Shown here: positions 55,327 to 64,000 of the stretch, piece by piece | Numbering within the stretch: the first letter of the stretch is position 1 | Layout of the letters: each line of letters begins with the position of its first letter | DNA from: an uncultured Candidatus Saccharibacteria bacterium | GTDB lineage: Bacteria; Patescibacteriota; WWE3; 2-01-FULL-39-13 | Assembly: GCA_965230915.1 (NCBI GenBank) | Contig: OZ246395.1 | Coordinates: 536,935 to 600,934 of the forward strand | DNA: 64,000 nucleotides | Direction: 5' to 3' | Program-made: the position numbers and the translations under genes | The notes under the pieces: generated by a model | The model's input: the letters and a program-made list of their open reading frames with translations, nothing else | What the model was told of the DNA's origin: nothing | Databases searched by the model: none

Positions 55327-55923
55327 GTGAGCTCACTTCTTAAGCAATTAGAGAATTTCATAATAGACGTTTTAGAAACTGTCGTTATTGCATTATCAAT
55401 CTTTGCAGTAATTTACCTATTTGCATTTCAACCACACGAAGTAAACGGCGAATCAATGGACGGAATCGGTAAATTCCACAACGGCCAATATATTTTGACC
55501 GATAAACTCACCTATAAATTTAGAGAGCCAGTACGTGGTGAGGTTGTGGTTTTTAAATATCCCTTAGACGAAAGATATGACTACATTAAAAGAATCGTCG
55601 GGCTGCCAGGCGAAGAAATCATGCTAAGAGACAATAAAATTACTATTTATAACGCAGCACACCCTGATGGGTTCACTCTTAACGAAGATGAATATTTAGC
55701 CGACACCGTTGTAACGAGCGGCAGAGCATTTTTAGAAGAAGGTGTCATAACAAAAATTCCAAGCGGAAACTACTTTGTAATGGGAGATAACCGGCCACAG
55801 AGCGCCGATTCACGAACTTGGGGGTTTGTTCCAAAAGATGAAATAATCGGACGGAGCCTATTTAGATACTGGCCACCTCAAGAAATGGGTCTAATTCACA
55901 ACCCTGAAAATATAGAAAAATAA
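55327..55923 (+). CDS. lepB: signal peptidase I
   Basis: Catalytic Ser in GESMDGIG, KRIVGLPGEEI (box with catalytic Lys) and YFVMGDNRPQSADSRTWGFV (box E). Confidence 0.9.
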   Translation: MSSLLKQLENFIIDVLETVVIALSIFAVIYLFAFQPHEVNGESMDGIGKFHNGQYILTDKLTYKFREPVRGEVVVFKYPLDERYDYIKRIVGLPGEEIMLRDNKITIYNAAHPDGFTLNEDEYLADTVVTSGRAFLEEGVITKIPSGNYFVMGDNRPQSADSRTWGFVPKDEIIGRSLFRYWPPQEMGLIHNPENIEK

Positions 55924-55950
55924 AATTTGAAAAATTAGCCGAAATAAAAA

Positions 55951-56220
55951 TTATTCAGCGCTTTCTAGAGGTAATACATTAACAGCCTTTTTATCGCGTC
56001 TTACATGGCTGAATTCGACTTTTCCGTCGATTTTTGAGAATAGTGTGAAATCACGGCCCATTCCAACATTTTCACCGGCAACAAATTGGCTTCCGACCTG
56101 TTTTACCAAGATTGACCCTGGTTTTACTACTTCTCCACCGAAGTGTTTTACACCCAAGTGTTTGCCTATTCTGTTTCCTTTTTGTGATGCTGTTGCTGCT
56201 GCTGCTTTCTTATGTGCCAT
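55951..56220 (-). CDS. rpmA: 50S ribosomal protein L27
   Basis: MAHKKAAAATASQKGNRIGKHLGVKHFGGEVVKPGSILVKQVGSQF..GENVGMGRDFTLFS..DGKVEF matches L27. Confidence 0.9.
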   Translation of the reverse strand: MAHKKAAAATASQKGNRIGKHLGVKHFGGEVVKPGSILVKQVGSQFVAGENVGMGRDFTLFSKIDGKVEFSHVRRDKKAVNVLPLESAE

Positions 56221-56226
56221 TGTCTA

Positions 56227-56655
56227 TTATTTGGAAGCTTTTTTTGCTGGTTTAGCTGGCTTTTCGGCTTTAACTTCTGGTTTAGCCTCTTCTTTTACCT
56301 CAGCTTTCTTAGCTTTTGGAGCTTCTTCCCAAACTAATTCATTTTTAACATTTTTACCGAAATCTACAACCTTTAATGTAGTAATTGGCTGTCTGTGGCC
56401 TTTGTTTTTGCGGTATCTTGATTTAGATTTGTATCTTCTAACAACCAATTTATCGCCTTTTCTGTCAGAAATAACCTGTAATTTGACCCCAAAGTCGGAT
56501 AAAACAGGCTCTCCTAAGGTGATATTATCGCCATTTCCGACCATCATTACCTCAACAACCGAGTCTTTTGAGATACGGTCTACAGTAAGACGTTCGTCTT
56601 TCGCGATTAAATGTTGTTTTGAATTGATTTTTACGACTGCAAAATCGGTTGCCAT
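56227..56655 (-). CDS. rplU: 50S ribosomal protein L21 with Lys/Ala/Glu-rich C-terminal tail
   Basis: Start placed at MATDFAVVKINSKQHLIAKDERL (L21 N-terminus). The track ORF is 8 codons longer. Tail is APKAKKAEVKEEAKPEVKAEKPAKPAKKASK. L21-L27 operon order. Confidence 0.85.
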   Translation of the reverse strand: MATDFAVVKINSKQHLIAKDERLTVDRISKDSVVEVMMVGNGDNITLGEPVLSDFGVKLQVISDRKGDKLVVRRYKSKSRYRKNKGHRQPITTLKVVDFGKNVKNELVWEEAPKAKKAEVKEEAKPEVKAEKPAKPAKKASK

Positions 56656-56907
56656 AACTGGGAAATGATAGCAAATCAAGCGGTTTTTAGCAATTAGAAG
56701 TTAATTGGGGCTGGCCGAGCCTCAGTTTTCATCAAAATTTAATGGCTTTTTAACAGTTTTGTAAGAATTCCTTAATCTGCCTACCCTATTCTTAATTTAT
56801 TAAAGATCCTTCCGTTGCGGAGGGCTCCTTATAAAAGTGGCTCTTTATAGGGCCACATAGAACATTTACAATTCAACTAATTCAAAAAAGTATTTAGTTA
56901 AATATCC

Positions 56908-57471
56908 ATGAAAGATAAAAAGATTATTTTGATAACAACTTTATTGCTAGTAGTTTTAGCATTAATAATTTGGGCAGCTAATTTATCAAAAACAAATGCA
57001 AGCCTAACCAACATCGTTAAAGAAAAGGATAAGCAGATAAGCCAACTACGAGCACAAGAAAATACACCTTTCGTCCATGTTAACTTTCAAGAAGCCGAAA
57101 AACGAATAATTGAAGCTATAAAGAATTCAGAGCAGTATAAATCAGAGGAAAACGACGTAGAACCGTATGCATATCTAAAATTTACAAACTCAGGGTTTAT
57201 AACTGATGGGAAATGGTTTTACGGATCAATGAGATATGCAAATGTGTATAAAGAGACCGATGATTTTAATTACATCGAGGGGAAGCCTCTTGCTTCAATA
57301 TTAGATGGGTATAACTATATAGTGAAATTCAATTACAAAGGAGAAATAGAAAAACTGGAGGTAATGTACTTATCACCAAACGAAAAGTGGAATCAGATAG
57401 TAAATGAACTTCCTGAAAATGTAATGCCCCAGCACCAAAAAAGTTATATGCAACTCCCTTCCGAAAACTAG
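56908..57471 (+). CDS. hypothetical secreted protein (187 aa)
   Basis: N-terminal TM or signal peptide (IILITTLLLVVLALIIWAA). No recognised domain. Confidence 0.5.
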   Translation: MKDKKIILITTLLLVVLALIIWAANLSKTNASLTNIVKEKDKQISQLRAQENTPFVHVNFQEAEKRIIEAIKNSEQYKSEENDVEPYAYLKFTNSGFITDGKWFYGSMRYANVYKETDDFNYIEGKPLASILDGYNYIVKFNYKGEIEKLEVMYLSPNEKWNQIVNELPENVMPQHQKSYMQLPSEN

Positions 57472-57495
57472 AAGATAACTTGAAAGGATTAGGTC

Positions 57496-60030
57496 ATGTT
57501 TGCTAAAGCATTAAAGATTTGCTTTGTAGCTGTTGTAATTTCAATACTATCCTTCACACAAATTATCTTTGCGCAAGAGCCCAAAGTACAAGTTTTTTTG
57601 CCTGTAATATCAGGTGGAATTGCGCAAGAGTCAGAAGAAGATTTATTCGATGCTGAATATGAACAAATAAAGGTTCTACTTGAAAAAGAGCTTCGTAACA
57701 CTATTCCAAATATCCAATATAACAACCATAGTTACAATTGGATTAGACAAGACGATGACTGGATTTACGGGTATGTACTTGCAAGTATTAATCAATCTGC
57801 TCAACCAGACGGATATATTTTCTTAGTAAACAAACTGGAAAATAATATTTCAGTTGCATATATGTATACTCAGAAATTTGATGAATGGGTCGATCTTCTG
57901 CCGGATAATATTATACCGGCTGAGCGTCAAAAATATTTCTATTCATCAGCAAAATCCGCACACATTGCAGGTGATCTAGCTAGCGACTCATCTAGTGACC
58001 CCCAACTTTCGTTTCCATGGAGAGAGGGTTATTCTTGGAGATTCAATGGCGGCCCACACAATAATGCTGGCTCCGGAGTTACTAAGGAACCTTGGTCGGG
58101 TTTAGACTTTGGAATTCCTTACCAATCTGCAACTTCTGATCCAACCGACACTACGGTTGTAACATCCAGAGATGGATATGTATTAATTATTGAACCAAAT
58201 TGCGCCGTAACAATAGGATATGAAGATGGGTGGTCATTAAGATACCTTCACGTTAGTGAAATTACAGTATTCGAAGGACAATTTATTGAAAGAGGGACAA
58301 AGATAGCAAAAGTTGATACCGACAACCCATGTTATTTAGGCCCAGAGGATGGACCACATTTACACCTCGGCCTAAAATACAATGGAGATTTTACAGATTT
58401 TGATGGTAAATATATCGGCGGATGGTTGGTTAATAAGAGCACTTCTATATATCAAGGAACCTTAACCCTTGGTTCTATTGCCACCCTACCGGCATCGAGC
58501 ACAAAAGTTGGAAGAGGCTCTAGTTATGTAGAAAATAGGGGTTTCATTGGGAGCCAATGGTTTATTGGACCTGTCGTTTATAAAAAGCCAACTGTCGGAG
58601 TAGGCGTCTGTATAGAACCGAATTCATGCTACCAACTAAATACTGGTTCTGTATTACAAACTTCTTCAACCAACCAAATCAGCTATATAATGCCAGCTAA
58701 AGGCTATATGGTTGAATTCCGCAAGGATATGACACTAAATATTTCAACAGCTAATACTGATGCAACAAACGTGAATTTTAGCTGTCTTGATTTTGATGTA
58801 ACCGATTTTCAAAATTATAACTTTCCTAACACTAACCTTAAACTAAAGGACTACTCTACCGACATACAAATCCAACAAGGAACATGTAACCCAAATGACC
58901 GGCCAACAAAAACAGGATCAACAACATCACCTACAAATCCGACACCGACAGAACCATCGACAAATTATGGATGTAACAACCAAACAACAGGAGTCAAATT
59001 CCTAAATAACTCAGGTAGCTGCTTCTATATGACCGCCGGCAAAGCTAGCCTTCCATTTAGCCCAACCAAAATTGAAGTACTAGATACGGTTCGGAAATAC
59101 GATATATCGATATGCAATGCAAAGGGAGAATGCGACGAATTCAACAATAGCGCAAGCATCGACCACTCATCTGTATCACGCCCTTTTACAAGAGTTGAAG
59201 TAACTCCTCAAGGATTAGTAAGCAGTGATGCGGTGGGTTCATGCAAAACGAGTACAGGGCGTAAAGTCCAGTTTTCAACAATGCAAAATGGCGTAAAGTA
59301 TTACACCGATCGAAGCTATACAGTTAAGAATGTGGATAAACTTGAATTGATTGGCATGAAGTTTCTGATGACGCCAAATGATGATAAATATAATGGTGAT
59401 CCAGAATACATTACGTGCGACATCAAAAAGACCACACAAATTGTAATAGCAATAGATGGCCGTGTTAGAACTTTATCGAGCTGGATGAGAAGCATGCCAT
59501 ACGAGCGAATGAATCGTGAAATCGGAGTCACTGACAACGATATGCAACACTTCGACCTGTATGCATGTACACAAAAAGCTGGCTACAAATTAAGACTTGG
59601 GGGACCTCAATCCGATGGATCAAGCAACATAAAAAGCAACTACATCATTATATTCCGAGATGCAGCCCAAGAAAAAGCTACTGACTGTTCGGCAAAGTTT
59701 AATGTTCCCCCAGACCAACCAGTGCTCAAAAGTGTTGAAGTCACAACGACTTTAACATCTGCGCCACTTCTCGAATGGAGCATGTCGGATAGAAACTTCA
59801 CAGACGACTATCTCGAAGCTTATGTAAAAGTATGGAAGGATGACCAGCTTATAAGTACACCTGATTGGCTACCAATTGGTGTAACACAATGGATTCCTTT
59901 GTGGAATGACCCGGGTTCATATAGAGCCCAGGTAGTTGTGCGCGACAGCAAAGGAATCGAAGTACTTTCGAATGAGATACAATACCAACTTTCAGCACCA
60001 ATTGAAGCTTGTGTTGTTTATACAAACTAG
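57496..60030 (+). CDS. secreted M23 (LytM-type) peptidase with large C-terminal Cys-containing region
   Basis: Signal peptide. M23 motifs HxxxD-like (HNNAGSGVTKEPWSGLDF) and GPHLHLG. Thr/Pro linker TKTGSTTSPTNPTPTEPST, then about 350 aa with spaced Cys. Confidence 0.7.
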   Translation: MFAKALKICFVAVVISILSFTQIIFAQEPKVQVFLPVISGGIAQESEEDLFDAEYEQIKVLLEKELRNTIPNIQYNNHSYNWIRQDDDWIYGYVLASINQSAQPDGYIFLVNKLENNISVAYMYTQKFDEWVDLLPDNIIPAERQKYFYSSAKSAHIAGDLASDSSSDPQLSFPWREGYSWRFNGGPHNNAGSGVTKEPWSGLDFGIPYQSATSDPTDTTVVTSRDGYVLIIEPNCAVTIGYEDGWSLRYLHVSEITVFEGQFIERGTKIAKVDTDNPCYLGPEDGPHLHLGLKYNGDFTDFDGKYIGGWLVNKSTSIYQGTLTLGSIATLPASSTKVGRGSSYVENRGFIGSQWFIGPVVYKKPTVGVGVCIEPNSCYQLNTGSVLQTSSTNQISYIMPAKGYMVEFRKDMTLNISTANTDATNVNFSCLDFDVTDFQNYNFPNTNLKLKDYSTDIQIQQGTCNPNDRPTKTGSTTSPTNPTPTEPSTNYGCNNQTTGVKFLNNSGSCFYMTAGKASLPFSPTKIEVLDTVRKYDISICNAKGECDEFNNSASIDHSSVSRPFTRVEVTPQGLVSSDAVGSCKTSTGRKVQFSTMQNGVKYYTDRSYTVKNVDKLELIGMKFLMTPNDDKYNGDPEYITCDIKKTTQIVIAIDGRVRTLSSWMRSMPYERMNREIGVTDNDMQHFDLYACTQKAGYKLRLGGPQSDGSSNIKSNYIIIFRDAAQEKATDCSAKFNVPPDQPVLKSVEVTTTLTSAPLLEWSMSDRNFTDDYLEAYVKVWKDDQLISTPDWLPIGVTQWIPLWNDPGSYRAQVVVRDSKGIEVLSNEIQYQLSAPIEACVVYTN

Positions 60031-60120
60031 TTTGAATTAGTTGAAAATGCCAGAAGTGGAGAAAACTTAATCTATCCTAATCGGATAAATTAAATCTCTG
60101 CTTCTGGTTCTTTTTTACAT

Positions 60121-60690
60121 TTACTTAAGAGTAAATTGCAAAACCGAAGCTCCCAAAGCTGAAGCTTGATCAGCAGATGCGACCTTAAAATAAGCCGTTT
60201 TAGCTGAATATAAATTCTTATCTTCGCTATCTGGGTACCAAAGATACTTAGCGATCATTACTGCAGCATCTGATGTTCCAGGAATTGGAGTTTCAACAAC
60301 AATTTCACATCCTTCCCCACCGGTTTCTCCTTTAGATGTACCAACTGTAATCTCATCATTTGATGTTTGTCTGAATCCCTCACTAAAAGCTTCACAAGCT
60401 TTATAGTTTGTTTGGCCAAAACCAGGTCCAGCTTGCACTGATACCCAAATTCTTTCTGCCTGAACGGCTTTGGTATTGGGGTTTTCGTATACAGAAATTT
60501 CTCCGTTTTCCGGGGTTATTGAAGTATAAGTTGATGGATAATAAAAAGCGTAATTATCTCCCGATTCTATTTTAAATAGAGGCTGGTTGGCTTCTTGGAC
60601 ATCTCTTTTCATGCCCCGCATAATAAAAAGTACAAAACCTCCTATGACTACAGCAATAATCAATAGGGTTATTATAATTTTTTTATTCAT
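60121..60690 (-). CDS. hypothetical membrane-anchored protein
   Basis: Start trimmed to MNKKIIITLLIIAVVIGGFVLFIM. The longer track ORF would run through the upstream intrinsic terminator. Confidence 0.45.
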   Translation of the reverse strand: MNKKIIITLLIIAVVIGGFVLFIMRGMKRDVQEANQPLFKIESGDNYAFYYPSTYTSITPENGEISVYENPNTKAVQAERIWVSVQAGPGFGQTNYKACEAFSEGFRQTSNDEITVGTSKGETGGEGCEIVVETPIPGTSDAAVMIAKYLWYPDSEDKNLYSAKTAYFKVASADQASALGASVLQFTLK

Positions 60691-60730
60691 ATAAAAAGTA
60701 TCAGGGATTTTAAAGCTAATTACAACGAGT

Positions 60731-60780
60731 AGAAATAAAAAAACCGCCGCAAGGTGTAGATAAAAACACCTCACGGCGGT
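60731..60780 (-). terminator. intrinsic terminator closing the GC-rich islet operon
   Basis: Nested hairpin ACCGCCG..GGTGT-agataaaa-ACACC..CGGCGGT (60743-60780). The plus strand has an A-run immediately 5', so the minus strand reads hairpin then UUUUUUUAUUU. Confidence 0.7.
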
Positions 60781-60792
60781 CAGACTCTATGA

Positions 60793-61143
60793 TCAGTAAT
60801 ACCGATTTGGGTAATCCCTCGGCGGTTGCGTCACATAAAGCAGATTCTCGGCCAAGTTCTGTTCAAATCGCCCATTGAGCAGAATGAAAACCTCTCCGAG
60901 TGGTCTCTCGAGCGTAACGATGTTATGCTCGTCAGGTGTTACATGCAGCCAAAGTATTCCGCCGCTAGTAAACCATTCAGCACCGGGTGTGTGACCCGAC
61001 GTCGAATATTGAGTCTCGAGATACCCCCACATAAAAGGGTTTTTCTTATATTCTTCTCGAAACTTGATTAACGCAGCCTCGACCTTTTTGGCCCATTCGT
61101 TCCGCAGCTCTGTGGCCTTTGCCTTCGATTCTTTGGTAATCAT
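60793..61143 (-). CDS. hypothetical protein (116 aa), islet gene 2
   Basis: 4-nt overlap with the upstream paralog-A gene. GC-rich codon usage. No recognised motif. Confidence 0.5.
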   Translation of the reverse strand: MITKESKAKATELRNEWAKKVEAALIKFREEYKKNPFMWGYLETQYSTSGHTPGAEWFTSGGILWLHVTPDEHNIVTLERPLGEVFILLNGRFEQNLAENLLYVTQPPRDYPNRYY

Positions 61144-61577
61144 TCCCCCTCCATATTGAAGTTTTTTACCACAGCATCCAGAATCGGACGATGGGCGGAC
61201 TGCAGGTCAGACGCAATCTTGATATGCGCGGAATCGCTCTTTTCCTGCAAACCAAACAACACCAAAATTTCATTAATGGCAGGCCCAGTTGCGGGATATT
61301 TGCCATATTGATCACCGCGAACGATGATCTTATATTCTCCGTCCTTATCGGCCTCGTAGCAGAACATTACTAAACCTGCGCCGTTCAACCGATACCCACC
61401 GGGGTCAATAACGATGCTGATAGCGATCTCGTGGATGCTCTTCTTCAACAATTCCTTCACCAACTTATCACACGGTGGAATGGTACCTTTCTCCGCTTCC
61501 GGATGCATCATGGTGGTGAAAATAAGAATCGCCTTCAAAGCCTCAACAAGTTTACCCAACCTCTTTAGAGTCAACAT
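61140..61577 (-). CDS. hypothetical protein, paralog A (145 aa) of a two-member family
   Basis: Shares blocks with the 125-aa protein: PxC..L...., YRLNGAGL vs FRLNGSGL, YPATGPAINEIL vs YPKTGPALNAVL. Confidence 0.55.
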   Translation of the reverse strand: MLTLKRLGKLVEALKAILIFTTMMHPEAEKGTIPPCDKLVKELLKKSIHEIAISIVIDPGGYRLNGAGLVMFCYEADKDGEYKIIVRGDQYGKYPATGPAINEILVLFGLQEKSDSAHIKIASDLQSAHRPILDAVVKNFNMEGE

Positions 61578-61630
61578 CTTCGGTTCCTTTTCTATTGGGA
61601 TGGCTTTATTCGCACACGAAAACTGGGTGC

Positions 61631-61659
61631 ATTATATATTTATTAACGAAAGTAGTCAA
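61631..61659 (-). promoter_or_regulatory. near-consensus sigma70 promoter for paralog A (TTGACT-17-TATAAT)
   Basis: Minus strand reads TTGACTACTTTCGTTAATAAATATATAAT. The -35 is at 61659-61654 and the -10 at 61636-61631. Confidence 0.6.
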
Positions 61660-61877
61660 TACTATGGGACTAGTGGCGGACCTTAAAGAACTTAATTGGA
61701 ATCGGATTTTTGAGTTTATATTGAAATTTGTGTAGTTTTCGACTTGATCTTCCCAAGTCTCATCAGTCACTAAGTGAGAACTACTCCAACGTTATCTCTT
61801 TATTTTTTAAAAATTCCGATATTCCGGAAAAAGAGAAGCCACGTTGGCGGCAAGCTTTTCAGCTTTTGAGAAACTAT

Positions 61878-62255
61878 CTACGCCGAATTTTTCACCAGCA
61901 ATTCTTTGAGCCGAGATTCTGGCTTGGGTTGCAAGTGATACTGCTGAAGAACAGCGTTCAACGCTGGACCGGTTTTCGGATAATGGCTGTACTGATCGTA
62001 ATCAAGTACACGAAGCGTTTCTTCGCTCTCGTTATATCCCAGGCGGAGACCCGATCCGTTCAATCGGAAGTCGCGTTGCTGCAAAATTTGCAATGCTGTT
62101 GCTTCAAGGCCAATGCGGGTCGCAGTGTTGATCAAAGCCGAACATGCTGGACCGAAAGTGATCTCTTCCTGGGAACAACGTTGCCCAAGAGCAATCATTT
62201 CTGGTAATGCATTGACCAAATTCTGAAGTGTTACTTCATTCACTGGACGGGACAT
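61878..62255 (-). CDS. hypothetical protein, paralog B (125 aa)
   Basis: See paralog A. GC-rich. Confidence 0.55.
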   Translation of the reverse strand: MSRPVNEVTLQNLVNALPEMIALGQRCSQEEITFGPACSALINTATRIGLEATALQILQQRDFRLNGSGLRLGYNESEETLRVLDYDQYSHYPKTGPALNAVLQQYHLQPKPESRLKELLVKNSA

Positions 62256-62321
62256 GTAGATATTCCTTTGTTAAATGTTCTAAGCACAATATTCATGCAA
62301 GCATAGCAAGAATTAGTTGAT

Positions 62322-62350
62322 ATTATACGTTTTTTTGCGAAAATTGTCAA
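62322..62350 (-). promoter_or_regulatory. consensus sigma70 promoter for paralog B (TTGACA-17-TATAAT)
   Basis: Minus strand reads TTGACAATTTTCGCAAAAAAACGTATAAT. The -35 is at 62350-62345 and the -10 at 62327-62322. It lies immediately 3' of tRNA-Ala. Confidence 0.65.
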
Positions 62351-62364
62351 TACTATAGGACTAA

Positions 62365-62441
62365 TGGTGGACCGAATGGGACTTGAACCCATGACCCCTT
62401 CCATGCCATGGAAGTGCTCTGGCCAACTGAGCTACCGGCCC
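62365..62441 (-). tRNA. tRNA-Ala (GGC), CCA encoded
   Basis: RC reads GGGCCGGTAGCTCAGTTGGCCAGAGCACTTCCATGGCATGGAAGGGGTCATGGGTTCAAGTCCCATTCGGTCCACCA. G3:U70 Ala identity pair, anticodon loop ATGGCAT. Confidence 0.9.
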
Positions 62442-62737
62442 GCGTTTACGCGATTTCTAACAAGTCCCAATTATACGCGAATTTATAATTCTCTGCTAAT
62501 TATGGTGTTGTCTGCGATTCGCTCGTTGGGAATGGCCGACCTTCTGGCTGGTCGAATTGCTCAAACATAGTGCTGCTCATTCTTATGCTCGATAAGATTA
62601 TTAAAATTATGACGATTATAGGAAGTAGGATTATGTACCACCAGCTGTCTTTGTTCATATTCATATAATAGATATGTACCAGTGTGAATTCAAGTAACTA
62701 TCTAGCTCAACTTCACAAATTATATATAATAGATTTA

Positions 62738-64000
62738 ATGCCACTTAATCCTGAAGGAAATTCCGAAGTAGAATCAATAATTCCAGCTAACGAACCAACC
62801 CCACAAATAAGGCCAAATCAATTCACATTACAAAACGATGTAATTCCAGATCAATTTGTTGCCTTACCGCTTACGGCAGATGTAGACCCAGCAACAGAGA
62901 CAAATCCAAGTGATTTTAGAATGATGAACCAATCTAGTCCAATTCCGAACCAATACGAGCTGGTAGCACGACCAAAAGTAACAAGCATTTCGCCTACTAC
63001 TGCCGAGAGAGCCTACGAATCTAGAGCTGCTGCTCCGCAAGTAGCACCTAATAGGCCAAAGAAATTCGATCTTATAAACGAATCTCGTCCAATCGATAAA
63101 AGGTTTCAGCTACAAGAAGCACCTAAACCAGAGAGTAAACCAACAGCCATAGAGCAAATGAACCCGGAATATTGGGGCGGAATATATGGTCGAATAAACC
63201 ACAAGCAAATAGTCGCAGAATACCTGGAAAACAGAAAAAAGCCTGTAACAGACGAAGATAGAATGCCAGAGTGGAGCGCACTCGTAAAACTTAAAGGGCT
63301 GATCGATTATTCAATAATAACAAAGGACTTAAGTAACCCTAAACTCCGAAGGAAGCCTGCAATATTTACTAATTATGCGTCTATTGCTGCAGACAGAGGA
63401 AGATATGACCCAAAAGAATTAGAAAAAAGAGGGATTTTATTACCTAATAATAACCAATTCAACATACTAGATGAGAGAGAAACAGATCCGCAAGCGAGAG
63501 AAAGATTTATTAGAGACTTCAAAAGAGAAGTGGATGAACTATGCGAGCTACAAGATACCTATAAAAAGGTTAAGCGTAGAATCTTAGATGATTTCGACGA
63601 CGAAGATTGGTCAGATACATTAGATTATTTAAATAACATGTTATTTGGAGCCGCTGCTAAAGAAAATCTGGATTTTAATATGATATCCGCTCTTAGAATG
63701 GTTCTTCCTAGCATAAGAGAGGATTTAATAAAGCATGGTCAACTGCCTGATATGGCCGCCGAGCAAGCAGAAACCCGGCGAAGACACCAAGAAGCAAAAT
63801 CATTCGATTATAAGTCGGTACCATATGAAATAACTATGCAGGCTGATGCAACTATGATACCTATAGCTAATGAACCTATGGTACGCGATGTCCTAGCAAA
63901 AACTATTCCTGGATACTTTCACGGATTTCTAGACAAAATTGAATTTAATAGAAATGGCCGAAGCAGAGTCATAAACGGTGAAGAATATGTTACACGTGGA
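62738..64000 (+). CDS. hypothetical protein, partial (runs off window end); Pro/Gln-rich N-terminus
   Basis: 421 uninterrupted sense codons from ATG 62738 to the window edge, with TATATATAAT just upstream. Absent from the track because no stop lies within the window. Confidence 0.6.
   Translation, partial: MPLNPEGNSEVESIIPANEPTPQIRPNQFTLQNDVIPDQFVALPLTADVDPATETNPSDFRMMNQSSPIPNQYELVARPKVTSISPTTAERAYESRAAAPQVAPNRPKKFDLINESRPIDKRFQLQEAPKPESKPTAIEQMNPEYWGGIYGRINHKQIVAEYLENRKKPVTDEDRMPEWSALVKLKGLIDYSIITKDLSNPKLRRKPAIFTNYASIAADRGRYDPKELEKRGILLPNNNQFNILDERETDPQARERFIRDFKREVDELCELQDTYKKVKRRILDDFDDEDWSDTLDYLNNMLFGAAAKENLDFNMISALRMVLPSIREDLIKHGQLPDMAAEQAETRRRHQEAKSFDYKSVPYEITMQADATMIPIANEPMVRDVLAKTIPGYFHGFLDKIEFNRNGRSRVINGEEYVTRG

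Noticed and set aside
62364-62570. 68-aa plus-strand ORF
   Set aside because: Overlaps the clear cloverleaf of tRNA-Ala(GGC) on the opposite strand.
62500-62664. 54-aa minus-strand ORF (MNMNKDSWWYIILLPIIVIILIIL...) just upstream of tRNA-Ala
   Set aside because: One TM helix but no RBS, very short, in AT-rich sequence where such ORFs arise by chance. Not reported as a feature.
1-64000. Scan for a CRISPR array, cas genes, transposase/integrase or rRNA genes
   Set aside because: No regularly spaced direct repeats, no IS-like ORFs with terminal inverted repeats, no integrase/recombinase motifs, and no rRNA-like conserved stretches were seen.

Overview
This is a 64-kb AT-rich bacterial segment, roughly one-third GC by eye, packed with short genes on both strands. 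The gene content resembles a reduced-genome Patescibacteria/CPR-type organism, but that is an inference. No rRNA, CRISPR array, transposase or integrase gene was seen.

Core functions supported from sequence:
- Translation and tRNA modification: gatC-gatA-gatB, an archaeal-type TyrRS, ribosomal proteins L19, L21 and L27, TsaE/TsaD, an Elp3-like radical-SAM/GNAT enzyme, a DEAD-box helicase, and five tRNA genes (His-GTG, Asp-GTC, Gly-CCC, Thr-CGT, Ala-GGC).
- Replication and proteostasis: DnaE, a ClpE/ClpC-like AAA+ ATPase, HtpX, LemA, and signal peptidase I.
- Nucleotide metabolism: a thymidylate-synthase-family protein with a ~180-aa N-terminal extension, dCMP deaminase, 6-phosphogluconolactonase, and a HIT protein.
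- Envelope: an MBOAT/DltB-like O-acyltransferase with a DHHW/AlgJ-like partner, two GT-C glycosyltransferases, a Wzy/WaaL-like protein, a Wzx flippase, LysM and M23 proteins, and DUF2207.
- Polyamine module: a DUF43/BpsA-like aminopropyltransferase convergent with a SpeH-like pyruvoyl decarboxylase.

The background is interrupted by several visibly GC-rich patches (~45-55% GC by eye). The clearest is a 1000-aa Cys-containing tandem-repeat secreted protein at 26.3-29.3 kb, preceded by four ATCCGTC/GACGGAT boxes. The most interesting is a compact islet at 60.8-62.4 kb abutting tRNA-Ala: two paralogous small proteins, each behind a near-consensus sigma70 promoter (TTGAC[A/T]-17-TATAAT), a duplicated fragment of the tRNA-Ala 3' end, and a textbook intrinsic terminator. 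Other items are a GC-rich 270-nt putative structured RNA upstream of the MBOAT gene, a 115-aa membrane ORF inserted into gatCAB with ATGA overlaps on both sides, and a pair of GAGCCGC palindromic repeats.
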